A stretch of 64,000 bases of DNA from a bacterium. Its GTDB lineage: Bacteria; Electryoneota; Electryoneia; Electryoneales; Electryoneaceae. Of this stretch, positions 1-10,123 are shown one piece after another. The notes beneath the pieces were generated by a model that saw only the letters and a list, made by a program, of their open reading frames with translations, did no database searches and was not told the origin of the DNA. Position 1 is the stretch's first letter; each line of letters opens with the position of its first letter. The DNA lies in assembly GCA_963669175.1 (NCBI GenBank), contig OY769902.1, forward strand, positions 1,728,001 through 1,792,000, written 5' to 3'. The position numbers and the translations under genes are program-made.

Positions 1-1313
1 CGGAAGGACGGCACATCGCCAATCACGACTCCGCCGCATTCGATCTCGTTCCAGGCGTAAAACGCATGATGCAGATTCTCGGTGAAGACCCCAGCCTGCA
101 AGCCATACTGGCTGTCATTGACCCGGGCTACAGCGTCTTTGAAGTCGTCAAACGGTTCCACACAGGCTACCGGGCCGAACACCTCCTTTGAGCTGATGCG
201 GTCATGTGGGTTCACATTGGTGAGGATCGTGGCAGCGTACATCGCCCCCTCTCGCTTGCCCCCGCAGAGTAATTTTGCGCCGTGGTCAACCGCTTCATGC
301 ACCCATTCGTCTACACGTCTGGCGTCCCATTCCGTGATCATGGGGCCGAGGAAGGTGTCCTCGTTCAACGGATCGCCCATCTGGAGCACACTTGCCTTTG
401 CAACGAGTTTTTCCAGCAAATCGTCATACAGGCTGGAATGGACGAAGATGCGCTGCACACTGATGCAGGATTGCCCGGACTGGTAAAATGCCCCGAAGAC
501 GATACGGTTCGCGGCATATTCGGGATCGGTTCCAGCATCTACTATACATCCGGCATTGCCACCCAGCTCGAGACATACCCGCTTTTTCCCGGCACGGGTT
601 TTCAGATCCCAACCCACATCCTGTGAACCGGTAAAGGAGAGCAATTTGAAGCGCTCGTCGGTGATGAAAAGCTCGGCGTCGTCACGTGGGCATGGCAGAA
701 TGCTGAATGCTCCTTCGGGAAGGTCGGTTTCCGCCAGTGTTTCCCCGATGATCAGGGCGCCAATCGGTGTTTTCGATGCCGGTTTCAACACAAAAGGACA
801 GCCAGAGGCAATCGCCGGGGCCACCTTGTGAGCTGCGAGGTTCAGGGGAAAATTGAACGGGCTGATCAACGAGACCGGACCAATGGGGACACGCTTCGTG
901 AGGGAGGTGTAGCCGTGAGCGCGTTTCGAAATATCCAACGGCATATATTCCCCGCCCATGCGAAGCGCCTCTTCTGCGGCTACTTTGAAGGTGTCGATCA
1001 GGCGTGTGGTTTCACCCCGTGCGTCACGGATCGGCTTTCCGGCTTCGATACAGAGGGCACGTGACAGCTCTTCATGACGTTCCTTGAATTTCTCCACACA
1101 ATAGGAAAGCACCTCGCTGCGCTGATAGGCCGGGAGTTTACGCATGGCTTCCGTGGCTTTTACCGCAGCATCGGCGGCCTGGTTTATCACGGTAGCATCC
1201 GCCTTGGCAACACGGGTGGCAACTTCGCCTGTATATTTGTTGGTCACTTCAAGGTCTGTGTTGGCAAAAACGGGTTTGTTCGCGAGATAGTACGGATACG
1301 TCTCTTTCAACAT
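1..1313 (-). CDS. Aldehyde dehydrogenase family protein (3' end runs off the window)
   Basis: Read manually on the minus strand from ATG at 1313 (GGAGG RBS upstream): MLKETYPYYLANKPVFANTDLEVTNKYTGEVAT; carries ALDH motifs PFNFP, FTGS, ELGG, GQSC and EVFGP. Absent from the ORF track because there is no stop in the window. Confidence 0.9.
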   Translation of the reverse strand, partial: MLKETYPYYLANKPVFANTDLEVTNKYTGEVATRVAKADATVINQAADAAVKATEAMRKLPAYQRSEVLSYCVEKFKERHEELSRALCIEAGKPIRDARGETTRLIDTFKVAAEEALRMGGEYMPLDISKRAHGYTSLTKRVPIGPVSLISPFNFPLNLAAHKVAPAIASGCPFVLKPASKTPIGALIIGETLAETDLPEGAFSILPCPRDDAELFITDERFKLLSFTGSQDVGWDLKTRAGKKRVCLELGGNAGCIVDAGTDPEYAANRIVFGAFYQSGQSCISVQRIFVHSSLYDDLLEKLVAKASVLQMGDPLNEDTFLGPMITEWDARRVDEWVHEAVDHGAKLLCGGKREGAMYAATILTNVNPHDRISSKEVFGPVACVEPFDDFKDAVARVNDSQYGLQAGVFTENLHHAFYAWNEIECGGVVIGDVPSF

Positions 1314-1462
1314 GGAAGCCTCCGGGTTTGATCAGCAGGTAATCAGATGGAATATACGATTTCCAAACCAGCAACTGGAAGGGAAAATCCTTTTCCGGCT
1401 TGCATTGCGAAAAGGCTGGTATCAGGGATACTTTGCCTGTAACAAACCGGGTGATAGCGTTC

Positions 1463-2182
1463 ATGCTGAAACAACTTCCCAGATTGGCGGTTACTTACGT
1501 CCGTGGCCGGTGGCTTCAACGGAAAGCGCAGGCGATTACCCTGGCTGACCAGCGACGCTTCATCGAGGAAATCGCTCCCATGTATGCCGAGGATCGCTGG
1601 CGTTCACGCAAGCGTATTGCGGAAGAGCTGAAGGTCTTGAAACCCTGGCTGAACAAGGGCCCGGTTCTGGAGTTCGGTTCCGGCGCCGGGGCTGTGGTAT
1701 CGATTCTGAAACGATGGGGCGTAGATGTGTATGGTGTTGAGTACTCGCGCCAGATGATCGCCCAGACCTGTCTGCGAGATGATACCATGCCACTGGTACA
1801 AGCAGATGGATTGAACCTGCCGTTCGCTGATTGCAGTTTCCCGGTCGTTTTTCTATGGGGAAATACTCTTGGCCCGGTGCCACGTGAGATCAATCGCCAC
1901 TTAATGCTGAAAGAAGCCAGGCGAGTGCTGAAACAGGATGGGATATTGGCGATTTCGGTACGAAACCGGTTCAGCTCAATCGGACGCGCTGTGCAACCGC
2001 TTGAGTATCCCTTCAAGTATCATGCACGCAAAGGCGAATGGACCTCATCACAACAGGGCTATAATCGCTCCTATGGCTACCTGGACCTTGAAGAAGTGTT
2101 GGAGCGTGCGGGATTCGAGATTCACACCCGCCTGACAAAACGGAAAGACGCTACATTAGCCGTTATCGCATGTCTGAAATGA
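1463..2182 (+). CDS. Class I SAM-dependent methyltransferase
   Basis: VLEFGSGAG motif I, GVEYS, ADGLNLPF and RVLKQDG; start placed at ATG 1463 within ORF 1400..2182. Confidence 0.85.
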   Translation: MLKQLPRLAVTYVRGRWLQRKAQAITLADQRRFIEEIAPMYAEDRWRSRKRIAEELKVLKPWLNKGPVLEFGSGAGAVVSILKRWGVDVYGVEYSRQMIAQTCLRDDTMPLVQADGLNLPFADCSFPVVFLWGNTLGPVPREINRHLMLKEARRVLKQDGILAISVRNRFSSIGRAVQPLEYPFKYHARKGEWTSSQQGYNRSYGYLDLEEVLERAGFEIHTRLTKRKDATLAVIACLK

Positions 2183-2184
2183 CA

Positions 2185-2214
2185 GTAGCCCGGCCATGCT
2201 TGGCCGGAAAAATG
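2185..2214. repeat. GTAG-tailed REP-like hairpin (second copy at 54098-54127)
   Basis: gtagcccggccatgcttggccggaaaaatg versus gtagcccggccatgcctggccgggaaaatg. Confidence 0.7.
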
Positions 2215-2254
2215 CTGTTCAAAATGTCATACCCATAATATGTCAGCCCTATAA

Positions 2255-2337
2255 ATGTCATCCCCGAAGCAGCATCTGTTCGCTGCTATCGGGGATCTCG
2301 AGGATAGTCAATCAGAATCCCGACAGCAAGCAGTCGG
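2255..2337 (+). repeat. GTCATCCCCG-family palindromic repeat, copy upstream of the PPIase gene
   Basis: tgtcatccccgaagcagc..gctgctatcggggatctcgagga plus a ccgac..gcaagcagtcgg hairpin; near-identical to 3639-3722. Confidence 0.85.
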
Positions 2338-2525
2338 GCCAAACCACCATGGAATTCAGGTTGCATGGCCCGATGTGCATGAGGTGAAGCACAAATTTCT
2401 GACGACGGTATCGATGTATGGTGCAGCATGAGCGCGAATGATATTGGACGCACATCGGGATATCACAACTACTTTGATCAGCATCCCGACAGGATGTTGT
2501 CAGGCCAAACCACCAAGAGGGTACC

Positions 2526-3545
2526 ATGTCGAGCCGGTTCTTCTACTTGACCTTCATTCTGCTGCTTGTCTCCTTCATTCCTGCCGGTTTCTGCCAGGAG
2601 ACCGATACGGAACTGGACACCCTTGCCCTCATGCCACGCTACCGTGAAGCGTTGGATTTTGAAGCGGTACAGGAATTGTTCAGACGTGAAGTGATGCCGG
2701 GCCTGATCACCGAAACGGAAATGCGTGATTTCTACGAGCATGACCGTTGGCAGGTGGAAGCGGCGCATATCCTGATTACTGTTGACATGCCGGAAGCGGA
2801 AGCTTCGGCGATAGCGTTGATGAATAAACTGTATGAGAAGATTACGTCAGGCGAAGAGAGTTTTACCGACGTAGCGCATGGTCACAATGAGGATGAATCC
2901 ACACCGGACGGCTACATCGGCTGGATTTCCTGGGGAAGCATGGTGCCCCTTTTCGAGCAGGTTGTCTGGGACATGGAGCCGGGTGAAGTCAGCCTGCCAT
3001 TTCGCACAACGTATGGCTGGCATATCGCCAAAACGATTAACAAGCGTGAACGTCCCAATTACGGCAGCTTTGAGGAGGAACGTCATCGTGTCGAGACCAG
3101 GCTGGCACGTTTGCACCAGGGCGAACTGGATCAGGCCAGTGAATATTATATCGAACGCTTGAAAGATGAGCGCGGGTATTCAGTACATCGAGACAATATT
3201 GAAGCGATCCATACAGCGGCGGCGCTGGCGGATGCACGTCGTACCCTGCCCGAGCAGTTGAGCGAAGATATGAATAGCCTGCCGCTGGTGTCCTGCGATG
3301 ATGGTGCGCTGTCAGTTACGATCGTTGAAATGTATGAGCTTGCGCCGGATGCGGACCTGCTTGAAGCGGCGCTGGATGATCCCAATATGCTTCAGGACGC
3401 TGCGGAGACAGTACTCCGTGATTACCTGCTACTCCCGGATGAGGCAAGGAAGCAGGGATGTTATGACGATCCAGAAGTCATCCGTAGAGCCCGTATCGCT
3501 GCCGGTCTGCCGGTGGATTCACAAGATGGACAGGATAGCAACTGA
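2526..3545 (+). CDS. Exported PpiC/parvulin-type peptidyl-prolyl isomerase
   Basis: Signal peptide; AAHILI, GYIGW, MVPLFEQ and GEVSLPFRTTYGWHI rotamase motifs. Confidence 0.85.
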   Translation: MSSRFFYLTFILLLVSFIPAGFCQETDTELDTLALMPRYREALDFEAVQELFRREVMPGLITETEMRDFYEHDRWQVEAAHILITVDMPEAEASAIALMNKLYEKITSGEESFTDVAHGHNEDESTPDGYIGWISWGSMVPLFEQVVWDMEPGEVSLPFRTTYGWHIAKTINKRERPNYGSFEEERHRVETRLARLHQGELDQASEYYIERLKDERGYSVHRDNIEAIHTAAALADARRTLPEQLSEDMNSLPLVSCDDGALSVTIVEMYELAPDADLLEAALDDPNMLQDAAETVLRDYLLLPDEARKQGCYDDPEVIRRARIAAGLPVDSQDGQDSN

Positions 3546-3638
3546 TAAACAGGATGAAAAAAAGATAAAAGGATGGAATGAAGGCATTTTTCTCTGCATC
3601 ACCACATTCAATGACAAATACCCACGGAACACATACAC

Positions 3639-3722
3639 ATGTCATCCCCGAAGCAGCGTCTGTTTGCTGCTATCGGGGATCTCGAGGAAGAGGCAAAAAA
3701 AAACCGACTGGCAAGCAGTCGG
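3639..3722 (+). repeat. GTCATCCCCG-family palindromic repeat, copy downstream of the PPIase gene
   Basis: Direct repeat of 2255-2337. Confidence 0.85.
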
Positions 3723-3767
3723 ATAAAAACAGTTCAGTATGAAAATCTGTGCTGAAACGAACACAAT

Positions 3768-4526
3768 CTATTGTTCAGTCGTTCTGTTTTCTTCTCCGCC
3801 TTCATCCAGCGATTCCAGCGGTTGTTCCGGTTTTCTGGTTCTTGTCGGGTCCGGCGCCGGAATAATCTGCGCTGCTTTTGGTTGCACATGCTGGTCCGGG
3901 CCGAGGGTTGCGCTCAAATCCCGATACAGGTCATTCAGCCACTTTCCCGCGACAAGGTTCGATGCTTCAACAAAACTGGTCACACGTGCGTTTTTGCGAA
4001 GCTCGTCATACCGGTATTGTTCCTGGAAGACTTTGTATTTCCGGTAAGGTTCCGGCTCGACACGAAATATAGTGATGCGCACTTCGAATACGGCGGAAGG
4101 GTTCCGTTTAACATCATTGGAAAAAAGCTGCAACAGCTTGCCATGCAGCTCATATTCCGGGACAACACCGACCGCCTCCTGGAACACCCCCTCTTCGAAC
4201 AGGTTGGTTTCCACGAGAAAATCACTCATGATATCCGCGATGAGCTTTTGTGGCGCTGCCGACCAGCGATGGTAATAGAATCGATTCATTTCGTTTTCTT
4301 CAACACGATAGTTGATACGGTCACTTTTCTGATCGGCGGCAGCGGTGAACGGCATGATATAAATTGACGCGGGAAGACTGACCCCGTTGGGGATGGAATC
4401 CAGTACTGGATCAATGGAATATCGTGTGATGACAATCTTTTCACTGGGTAAACTGACACACCCGGCGATCAACAGGATCGCGATGAGCCCCAGCGGTATG
4501 CCAAGTTTCAGCAGGCGCTTCATCAT
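3768..4526 (-). CDS. ABC transport auxiliary lipoprotein (PqiC-like)
   Basis: Lipobox IAGC; YYHRWSAAP motif; last gene of the MCE operon. Confidence 0.8.
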   Translation of the reverse strand: MMKRLLKLGIPLGLIAILLIAGCVSLPSEKIVITRYSIDPVLDSIPNGVSLPASIYIMPFTAAADQKSDRINYRVEENEMNRFYYHRWSAAPQKLIADIMSDFLVETNLFEEGVFQEAVGVVPEYELHGKLLQLFSNDVKRNPSAVFEVRITIFRVEPEPYRKYKVFQEQYRYDELRKNARVTSFVEASNLVAGKWLNDLYRDLSATLGPDQHVQPKAAQIIPAPDPTRTRKPEQPLESLDEGGEENRTTEQ

Positions 4527-5503
4527 TTCTCCTTCGGCGGTGGTTCAGTGTTTATGATGTGAGAAGGATAGGCTTCCAGGGACATCATCAGTGAATTAAG
4601 CTGTTCCAGGGTCGCGTTCATCTCGTTTACCGTCTGAGCCAGTTGCAGGATGATCCGCGAGGAAGAATACTGAGACTGGTTCACGAGTTGAGCGCTGTTA
4701 GATAACAGTAAATCCATCTGGGTAAACAGACTGTCTGCCTTATCACTGACTCGAAGCTGAGCGATATCGTTTTCCAGAATCTGCAGGGTAAGGTTGAAAT
4801 GATGTACACCCTCACGCAATTCTGCGAGCGTTGTATCAATCTCCTGGGCATAATCGGCAGCATCGAGAGTGAGTAGCAGTTCCTCCATCAAAACGAGGTT
4901 GTCATTCAGCTTGATCGACCATTGGGTCAGTTCCGGGCGAGTCATAATGCTGTCGATATTATCCAGCACACGTGTCCCTGTATCCAGGAAGTCCTTGGTT
5001 TTATGACTGATGCCCTCTGTGTCAATAACCATAATTTTCGCGTACACATCTCGAAGCGCCGTCTCAATTGCCTCAAAACTACCGGGCTGCGAGTGAATCA
5101 CCCGGAAAGGTGTTTCAAACGAGAACGACGGATGGTCATCCAGCAGTTCTTCTGCCGGGTAGTTCATCTCGATATACTTCATGCCGGTAATGCCGGCCAG
5201 GGCGAGGCTGGTGCGAAGGCTGTCGGTTACAATAAACTCCGGGTCCAGTTCCAGTTCCACTTCAACCAACTGGCCGTCAGGGGCTACGCGAATATTGGCC
5301 ACACGCCCCACATCAACACCACGGAACTTTACCGCAGCGTCCAGGATCAGGCCTTGAACAGAGGTGTCGTAATAGGTTACGTAATGCGCTGTCTTCCTGA
5401 ACCAATTCGAGATTCCGAAATAAATCAGCGCTACAATCGCGAGAGCCGTTCCGACTACCACGAAAGACCCAACCCAAAACGCTTTGCTTTGAGGTGACGG
5501 CAT
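4523..5503 (-). CDS. mlaD: MCE/MlaD family protein
   Basis: N-terminal TM helix, then SVQGL..AVKFRGVDVGRV and GITGMKYI MCE motifs and a helical tail; ATG 5503 follows a GGAGG RBS. Confidence 0.88.
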   Translation of the reverse strand: MPSPQSKAFWVGSFVVVGTALAIVALIYFGISNWFRKTAHYVTYYDTSVQGLILDAAVKFRGVDVGRVANIRVAPDGQLVEVELELDPEFIVTDSLRTSLALAGITGMKYIEMNYPAEELLDDHPSFSFETPFRVIHSQPGSFEAIETALRDVYAKIMVIDTEGISHKTKDFLDTGTRVLDNIDSIMTRPELTQWSIKLNDNLVLMEELLLTLDAADYAQEIDTTLAELREGVHHFNLTLQILENDIAQLRVSDKADSLFTQMDLLLSNSAQLVNQSQYSSSRIILQLAQTVNEMNATLEQLNSLMMSLEAYPSHIINTEPPPKEK

Positions 5504-5650
5504 CCCGCCTCCCTGGTCATGGCAGCACACACTCCCCTGTTTGTGCTGCCTCTGAATCAATCTAATGAATAGACCGATTTCAAATTGCAAATATTAATAT
5601 ACAATCAAACTGACGCCAGTATAAGTGAGCAGGACCGGAATTTTCCGATG

Positions 5651-6412
5651 CTATTCAGGCAATCGTTCACGATTGAAAAACGCCCGCACTCGCGGATCAT
5701 CACTATTCTCTTTCAATTCTCGTGGATCACCCTCAGCAATAATGCCGTGCGCGTCACGATCCAGCATGATAACACGGTCCGCGATTTTAAAAACACTTTC
5801 CAGTTCATGGGTTACCACTACCATAGTCGTATTCAGTGACGTATTGATGGCAAGCATCAGCTCGTCCAGTTCTACAGCCGTAATCGGGTCTAACCCGGCG
5901 GATGGTTCATCGAAAAACAGGATGTCCGGATCGAGTACCATGGCTCGTGCAAGTCCGCCACGTTTCTGCATACCGCCGCTCATCTCTGCCGGCATCAGAC
6001 GTCCACGATTCGCCAACCCAACCATTCCCAGCTTGATCTGAACCAGGTCACGGACCATCTGACGGTCGAGCTTACGATATTCGCGAAGCGGCAGGGCCAC
6101 GTTTGCGCCCAGGGTCATTGACTTCAGCAACGCGCCGGACTGAAAGAGAACACCGAACCGCTTGAGCAGGTCGCTGTATTCCCTTTCTGAAGCGGTGACA
6201 ATATTCACATCACCATACCAGACACTTCCGCCCTGCGGCTGACGCAACCCGATCAGATGCCGGAGCAACGTCGATTTTCCGCACCCGCTGCCGCCAAGCA
6301 CGACGAAAATCTCGCCCTCGTACACGTCAAACGACACATCATCCAGCACCACGTTGTCGTCAAACGCAACTGTGAGGTTCTCCACCCTGATCAGTGTTTT
6401 CCTGTCCGCCAT
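5651..6412 (-). CDS. mlaF: MlaF-type ABC ATP-binding protein
   Basis: GGSGCGKS Walker A, MSGGM signature, FFDEPSAGLDP, VVVTH. Confidence 0.92.
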   Translation of the reverse strand: MADRKTLIRVENLTVAFDDNVVLDDVSFDVYEGEIFVVLGGSGCGKSTLLRHLIGLRQPQGGSVWYGDVNIVTASEREYSDLLKRFGVLFQSGALLKSMTLGANVALPLREYRKLDRQMVRDLVQIKLGMVGLANRGRLMPAEMSGGMQKRGGLARAMVLDPDILFFDEPSAGLDPITAVELDELMLAINTSLNTTMVVVTHELESVFKIADRVIMLDRDAHGIIAEGDPRELKENSDDPRVRAFFNRERLPE

Positions 6413-7551
6413 CAGCCAACCCCCAGGTAATGGAACAGGACTACGAATATGGAGTCAGCAATTACGATGAGGAAAATCCCGGCTACTACAGATTTTGTCG
6501 TGCTCTGTCCGACACCCAGCGCGCCGCCGGAGGTGGACATGCCGTAATAACAGCCCGCCGCAGCGATCAGTATACCAAAGAAGAAGGATTTCATTACTCC
6601 GGAGATGATGTCCCAGGAATCAATAGATCCCTGCATTTCCTGGAAAAAAGCTGGCATGGTTACATCAAGGCTGGATATAGCCACGACCAATCCGCCAAGG
6701 ATACCGAAAAAGTCGGCAAAACAGGTCAGGATCGGCAGGGCAAGCATAACAGCAATCAACCGGGGAATAACCAGGTAATCCAGGGGTTTGATCCCCATGA
6801 CCGTAAGTGCGTCAACCTCCTCGGATATTTTCATGGTGCCGATTTCAGCGGCAAAAGCCGATCCGGAACGGGCGGTGAGCATAATCGCCGCCATCAATGG
6901 TCCCATCTCACGGAATACCGAGAGTCCAACCAGGTCCGCTATGAAGATATTCGCACCGAGCTGTTTTAACTGGATAGCGGATACAAACGCAATCACCAAC
7001 CCGACCAGGAAACTGATCAGGGAAACAATCGGAAGTGCATCCGCCCCGGTGCTCTGAATCAGGTAGATCACCTGGGACCAGCGGACTCGGGTCGGATGTC
7101 CAAGTGCGAAGACCATGGACAGAACAACACGCCCAACATATTGCAGCATCTGACGAGCGTCATTCCAACGCTCCAGCGCCCAGTCGCCAACCACTTCGAA
7201 ACTATGCCGATGTTTCCATGTGGCCGGTTCGGGGTCTTTGAGAAGTTCGTCCAGGTTGGCAAGATGCAACAAGGGTTTGACCTTATCACTGACTTCGCCG
7301 ATTTGCAAAGATTTACAGCAGTCAACGAGGTCACGCATCAGCACAGCGATCATGGCCGCGCCGGACGAATCAAACCGTTCGATTCCGGTCAAATCCAGTA
7401 CGATTTCGCTGGCGTTGGCATTGGTAGCCAGCTCTGTGACTCGACTGCGTACTTCTTCCACATTGGGAAAGTGCAGCATACCACGCATGAAGATGGTTGC
7501 TTTGTCTTTGCCAGTGGATTTAATCTCAGCCGCGAAATCGTTTTCACTCAT
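6412..7551 (-). CDS. mlaE: MlaE-type permease with fused N-terminal STAS domain
   Basis: DLTGIERFDSSG (STAS); REMGPLMAAIMLTARSGSAFAAEIGTMKISEEVDAL (MlaE). Confidence 0.92.
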   Translation of the reverse strand: MSENDFAAEIKSTGKDKATIFMRGMLHFPNVEEVRSRVTELATNANASEIVLDLTGIERFDSSGAAMIAVLMRDLVDCCKSLQIGEVSDKVKPLLHLANLDELLKDPEPATWKHRHSFEVVGDWALERWNDARQMLQYVGRVVLSMVFALGHPTRVRWSQVIYLIQSTGADALPIVSLISFLVGLVIAFVSAIQLKQLGANIFIADLVGLSVFREMGPLMAAIMLTARSGSAFAAEIGTMKISEEVDALTVMGIKPLDYLVIPRLIAVMLALPILTCFADFFGILGGLVVAISSLDVTMPAFFQEMQGSIDSWDIISGVMKSFFFGILIAAAGCYYGMSTSGGALGVGQSTTKSVVAGIFLIVIADSIFVVLFHYLGVG

Positions 7552-7567
7552 AGGGAATATTGCCTGA

Positions 7568-7924
7568 TCAGAAACCGGGCATCTTCATCCCTGGCGGCAT
7601 CATCCCTGCCATGGGGCCGGTTACCTTGGCCATGTGTTCGGATGCAGCTTCCTGGGCTTGGCGCAGACCTTCGTTGACCGCCGCCAGAACGAGATCTTCC
7701 AGCATTTCCACATCATCGGGATCAACGGCTTCCGGGTTGATCTTGATGCCCAGAACTTCCAGCTTGCCATTGGCGCGCACTTCCACCATGCCGCCGCCGA
7801 TGGATGCGGTTACTTCCAGGTCAACCAGCTCTTCCTGCGCCTTCATCAAATCAGCCTGCATCTTCTGGGCCTGCTTCAGAATGTTACCCATTCCGCCACC
7901 GCCCATGCCCTTCATGCCCTTCAT
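7568..7924 (-). CDS. ybaB: YbaB/EbfC nucleoid-associated protein
   Basis: KQAQKMQ, GGGMVEV and [10 protein letters not shown] motifs; directly downstream of dnaX. Confidence 0.93.
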   Translation of the reverse strand: MKGMKGMGGGGMGNILKQAQKMQADLMKAQEELVDLEVTASIGGGMVEVRANGKLEVLGIKINPEAVDPDDVEMLEDLVLAAVNEGLRQAQEAASEHMAKVTGPMAGMMPPGMKMPGF

Positions 7925-7965
7925 CTGACCTCCAGTATCGTAGAGTATGTGTATGCTGTGTTGTA

Positions 7966-9861
7966 CTACTCGTCAAACCGTAAATCCAGTCGCTCGACCA
8001 TCTGCTTCCAGACCGGATGCTCTTCCAGTTCCAGCTTGAATTCTTCCTGCTTGAGTTCCCGGCTGCTCAACCGCCTGGGGGGGCGCATGTTGTCCGGGAT
8101 ATCGCCACGATTCACCTGGATCTGGCGCAACACTCCGAACTGTTTGCGAAACGCCTTGTTCAGTGTTTCGCGAGACTGATTCACCTGCTCATAGGCAAAC
8201 TTGTCTTTCGGTGCGAATGTAATGGTCAGCGCCGAGTCAGTCAGATCCGTGGGCGCGCCCTCTTCAACCTGCGGCCCCAGAGTGTGCTGTTCATCGTATA
8301 CGGCATCAGCAAATTCAAGCCACTGCTTTCGAACGGTATCCAATGTCAACGAATCAGTGACCGCGCCAGCATCCGAATCGATTTCTACATCTTCTTCATC
8401 ATCGAGAACATCTTCATCCACCGGCTCTTCAACCGTCGGCTTGATTTCTTCGGTCTTCGCTTCTTTTGGTTCTGACGGTTCTACTGGCGTCTGAACCTTT
8501 TCTGCCACTTCATCCGCTTTGACAGCCGGTTTCTCTTGAACCTCTTCCGCCTTCTTTTCCGGTTCTTCCTTCACCTGAGGAGGCGGAGGTGGAGGCGGAG
8601 GCGGAGCTGCCGCTTTCGGCTGTGCCGGTTTGGGTGGTGGTGGTGGAGGCGGTGCAGCAACCTTTGGCCTGGCTGGTACAGGCTCACGCTGTACCGGATG
8701 CTTGAATGATTCCGGCGCTACGCCCATCTTCTGCAACAACGCGCCCAGCTCAATCGCACGATCCATCCGTGCCAGCCGCACAAGGAAAAGCTCCAGCCGC
8801 AGTTGCGGGTCCAGCGCCTCGCGCAGGATATCTTCCGTCTCCGCAGCCCATTCCGCCATGCGCAGCAAATCTTCCACGCTATGTTGGGTATAAGCTTCGG
8901 TATACTGGTTCCGATGCGGTTCAGATACATCCAGCTCGTTTGCCTGTCCGCCACTGTGCAGGTAGAGCAGGTTCATGACATGCCGCTGGAATCCATGCAG
9001 GAATTCACGTGGATCATGTCCGCCACCGCTGATCAAGTCCGCCAGTTCAAGCGCAACCGCAACCTGTCCCGTTGCCGCCATATCGGTCGTGCGGAAGAAC
9101 AGGTCCGTATCAATCAAGCCCAATGCCTGACGCACCACTTCACCGGTGATCGGATCATCGCCCTGGTAGGCTACAAGCTGATCAAGGATGGAAAGCGCGT
9201 CACGCAATGCGCCTTCAGCCTTCACCGCGATGGAAACCTGCGCCTCATCATCAATCGCCAGGGAATCGCCCTGTACAATTCGTTCGATCTGCTCACGAAT
9301 GCCCTTGGTGGGAATACGTTTAAAATCAAACCGCTGACAACGGGACAATACTGTAGCCGGAACCTTGTGAATCTCTGTAGTGGCGAAGATGAACATGGCA
9401 TGTTCGGGCGGCTCTTCCAGCGTCTTGAGCATGGCGTTGAACGCGGCCTGGGAGAGCATATGAACTTCGTCGATGATATAGACTTTCTTTTCCAGTGAAG
9501 AGGGGCTGAACTTGATATTTTCTCGCAAGGTGCGGATGTCATCCACCTTGTTGTTGGAGGCGCCGTCGATCTCAATCACATCCAGCGCGTTCCCCCCGCT
9601 GATGTCCTTGCAGGCGTCGCACTCGTTGCAGGGTTCGGGCAGACCATACTCGTCCGTTTGCAGGTTACGGCAGTTCACCGTCTTTGCCAGCAAACGCGCT
9701 ACAGTGGTCTTTCCCACGCCACGCGGGCCGGTGAAGATATAGGCATGCGCTACCCGTCCACGTGCAATCGCCTGCTGTAACGTGCGGGTGACATGCTGTT
9801 GCCCGATCACTTCATGAAACTGTTGCGGTCTCCAGCGCCGCGCCATTACCAGGTATGACAA
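7966..9861 (-). CDS. dnaX: DNA polymerase III subunit gamma/tau
   Basis: [33 protein letters not shown] and SRCQRF; long Pro/Glu-rich linker. Confidence 0.97.
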   Translation of the reverse strand: MSYLVMARRWRPQQFHEVIGQQHVTRTLQQAIARGRVAHAYIFTGPRGVGKTTVARLLAKTVNCRNLQTDEYGLPEPCNECDACKDISGGNALDVIEIDGASNNKVDDIRTLRENIKFSPSSLEKKVYIIDEVHMLSQAAFNAMLKTLEEPPEHAMFIFATTEIHKVPATVLSRCQRFDFKRIPTKGIREQIERIVQGDSLAIDDEAQVSIAVKAEGALRDALSILDQLVAYQGDDPITGEVVRQALGLIDTDLFFRTTDMAATGQVAVALELADLISGGGHDPREFLHGFQRHVMNLLYLHSGGQANELDVSEPHRNQYTEAYTQHSVEDLLRMAEWAAETEDILREALDPQLRLELFLVRLARMDRAIELGALLQKMGVAPESFKHPVQREPVPARPKVAAPPPPPPPKPAQPKAAAPPPPPPPPPQVKEEPEKKAEEVQEKPAVKADEVAEKVQTPVEPSEPKEAKTEEIKPTVEEPVDEDVLDDEEDVEIDSDAGAVTDSLTLDTVRKQWLEFADAVYDEQHTLGPQVEEGAPTDLTDSALTITFAPKDKFAYEQVNQSRETLNKAFRKQFGVLRQIQVNRGDIPDNMRPPRRLSSRELKQEEFKLELEEHPVWKQMVERLDLRFDE

Positions 9862-10123
9862 ATCCTCTCTCCCGGTGGATGCGATTTCGATTCATCAAGC
9901 CAATCCGCAGGATACAACGAATTGGCCTGTGTCGCCATGCAATCTCGAATATACCCTCCATTCACCGATGCGGCAAGCTGAGAAGCGGAAGGGTTTATCA
10001 TCGAGTTCAGAAGAGAACCATGATTCTCTCCATAAAGAAAATAATTACTAACCATATGTTCAGCGATTCTATCAGATGTATATTGTCTCTCCCGGAAAGA
10101 CTTCACCAGGTATTGAGGATACT

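Noticed and set aside
7966-9861. dnaX programmed -1 frameshift
   Set aside because: I found no A-AAA-AAG or long A-run slippery site in the linker region.
9862-10123. SRP RNA (ffs) upstream of dnaX, or an SOS box before uvrB
   Set aside because: The conserved SRP domain IV motif is not visible, and only weak imperfect palindromes are present.
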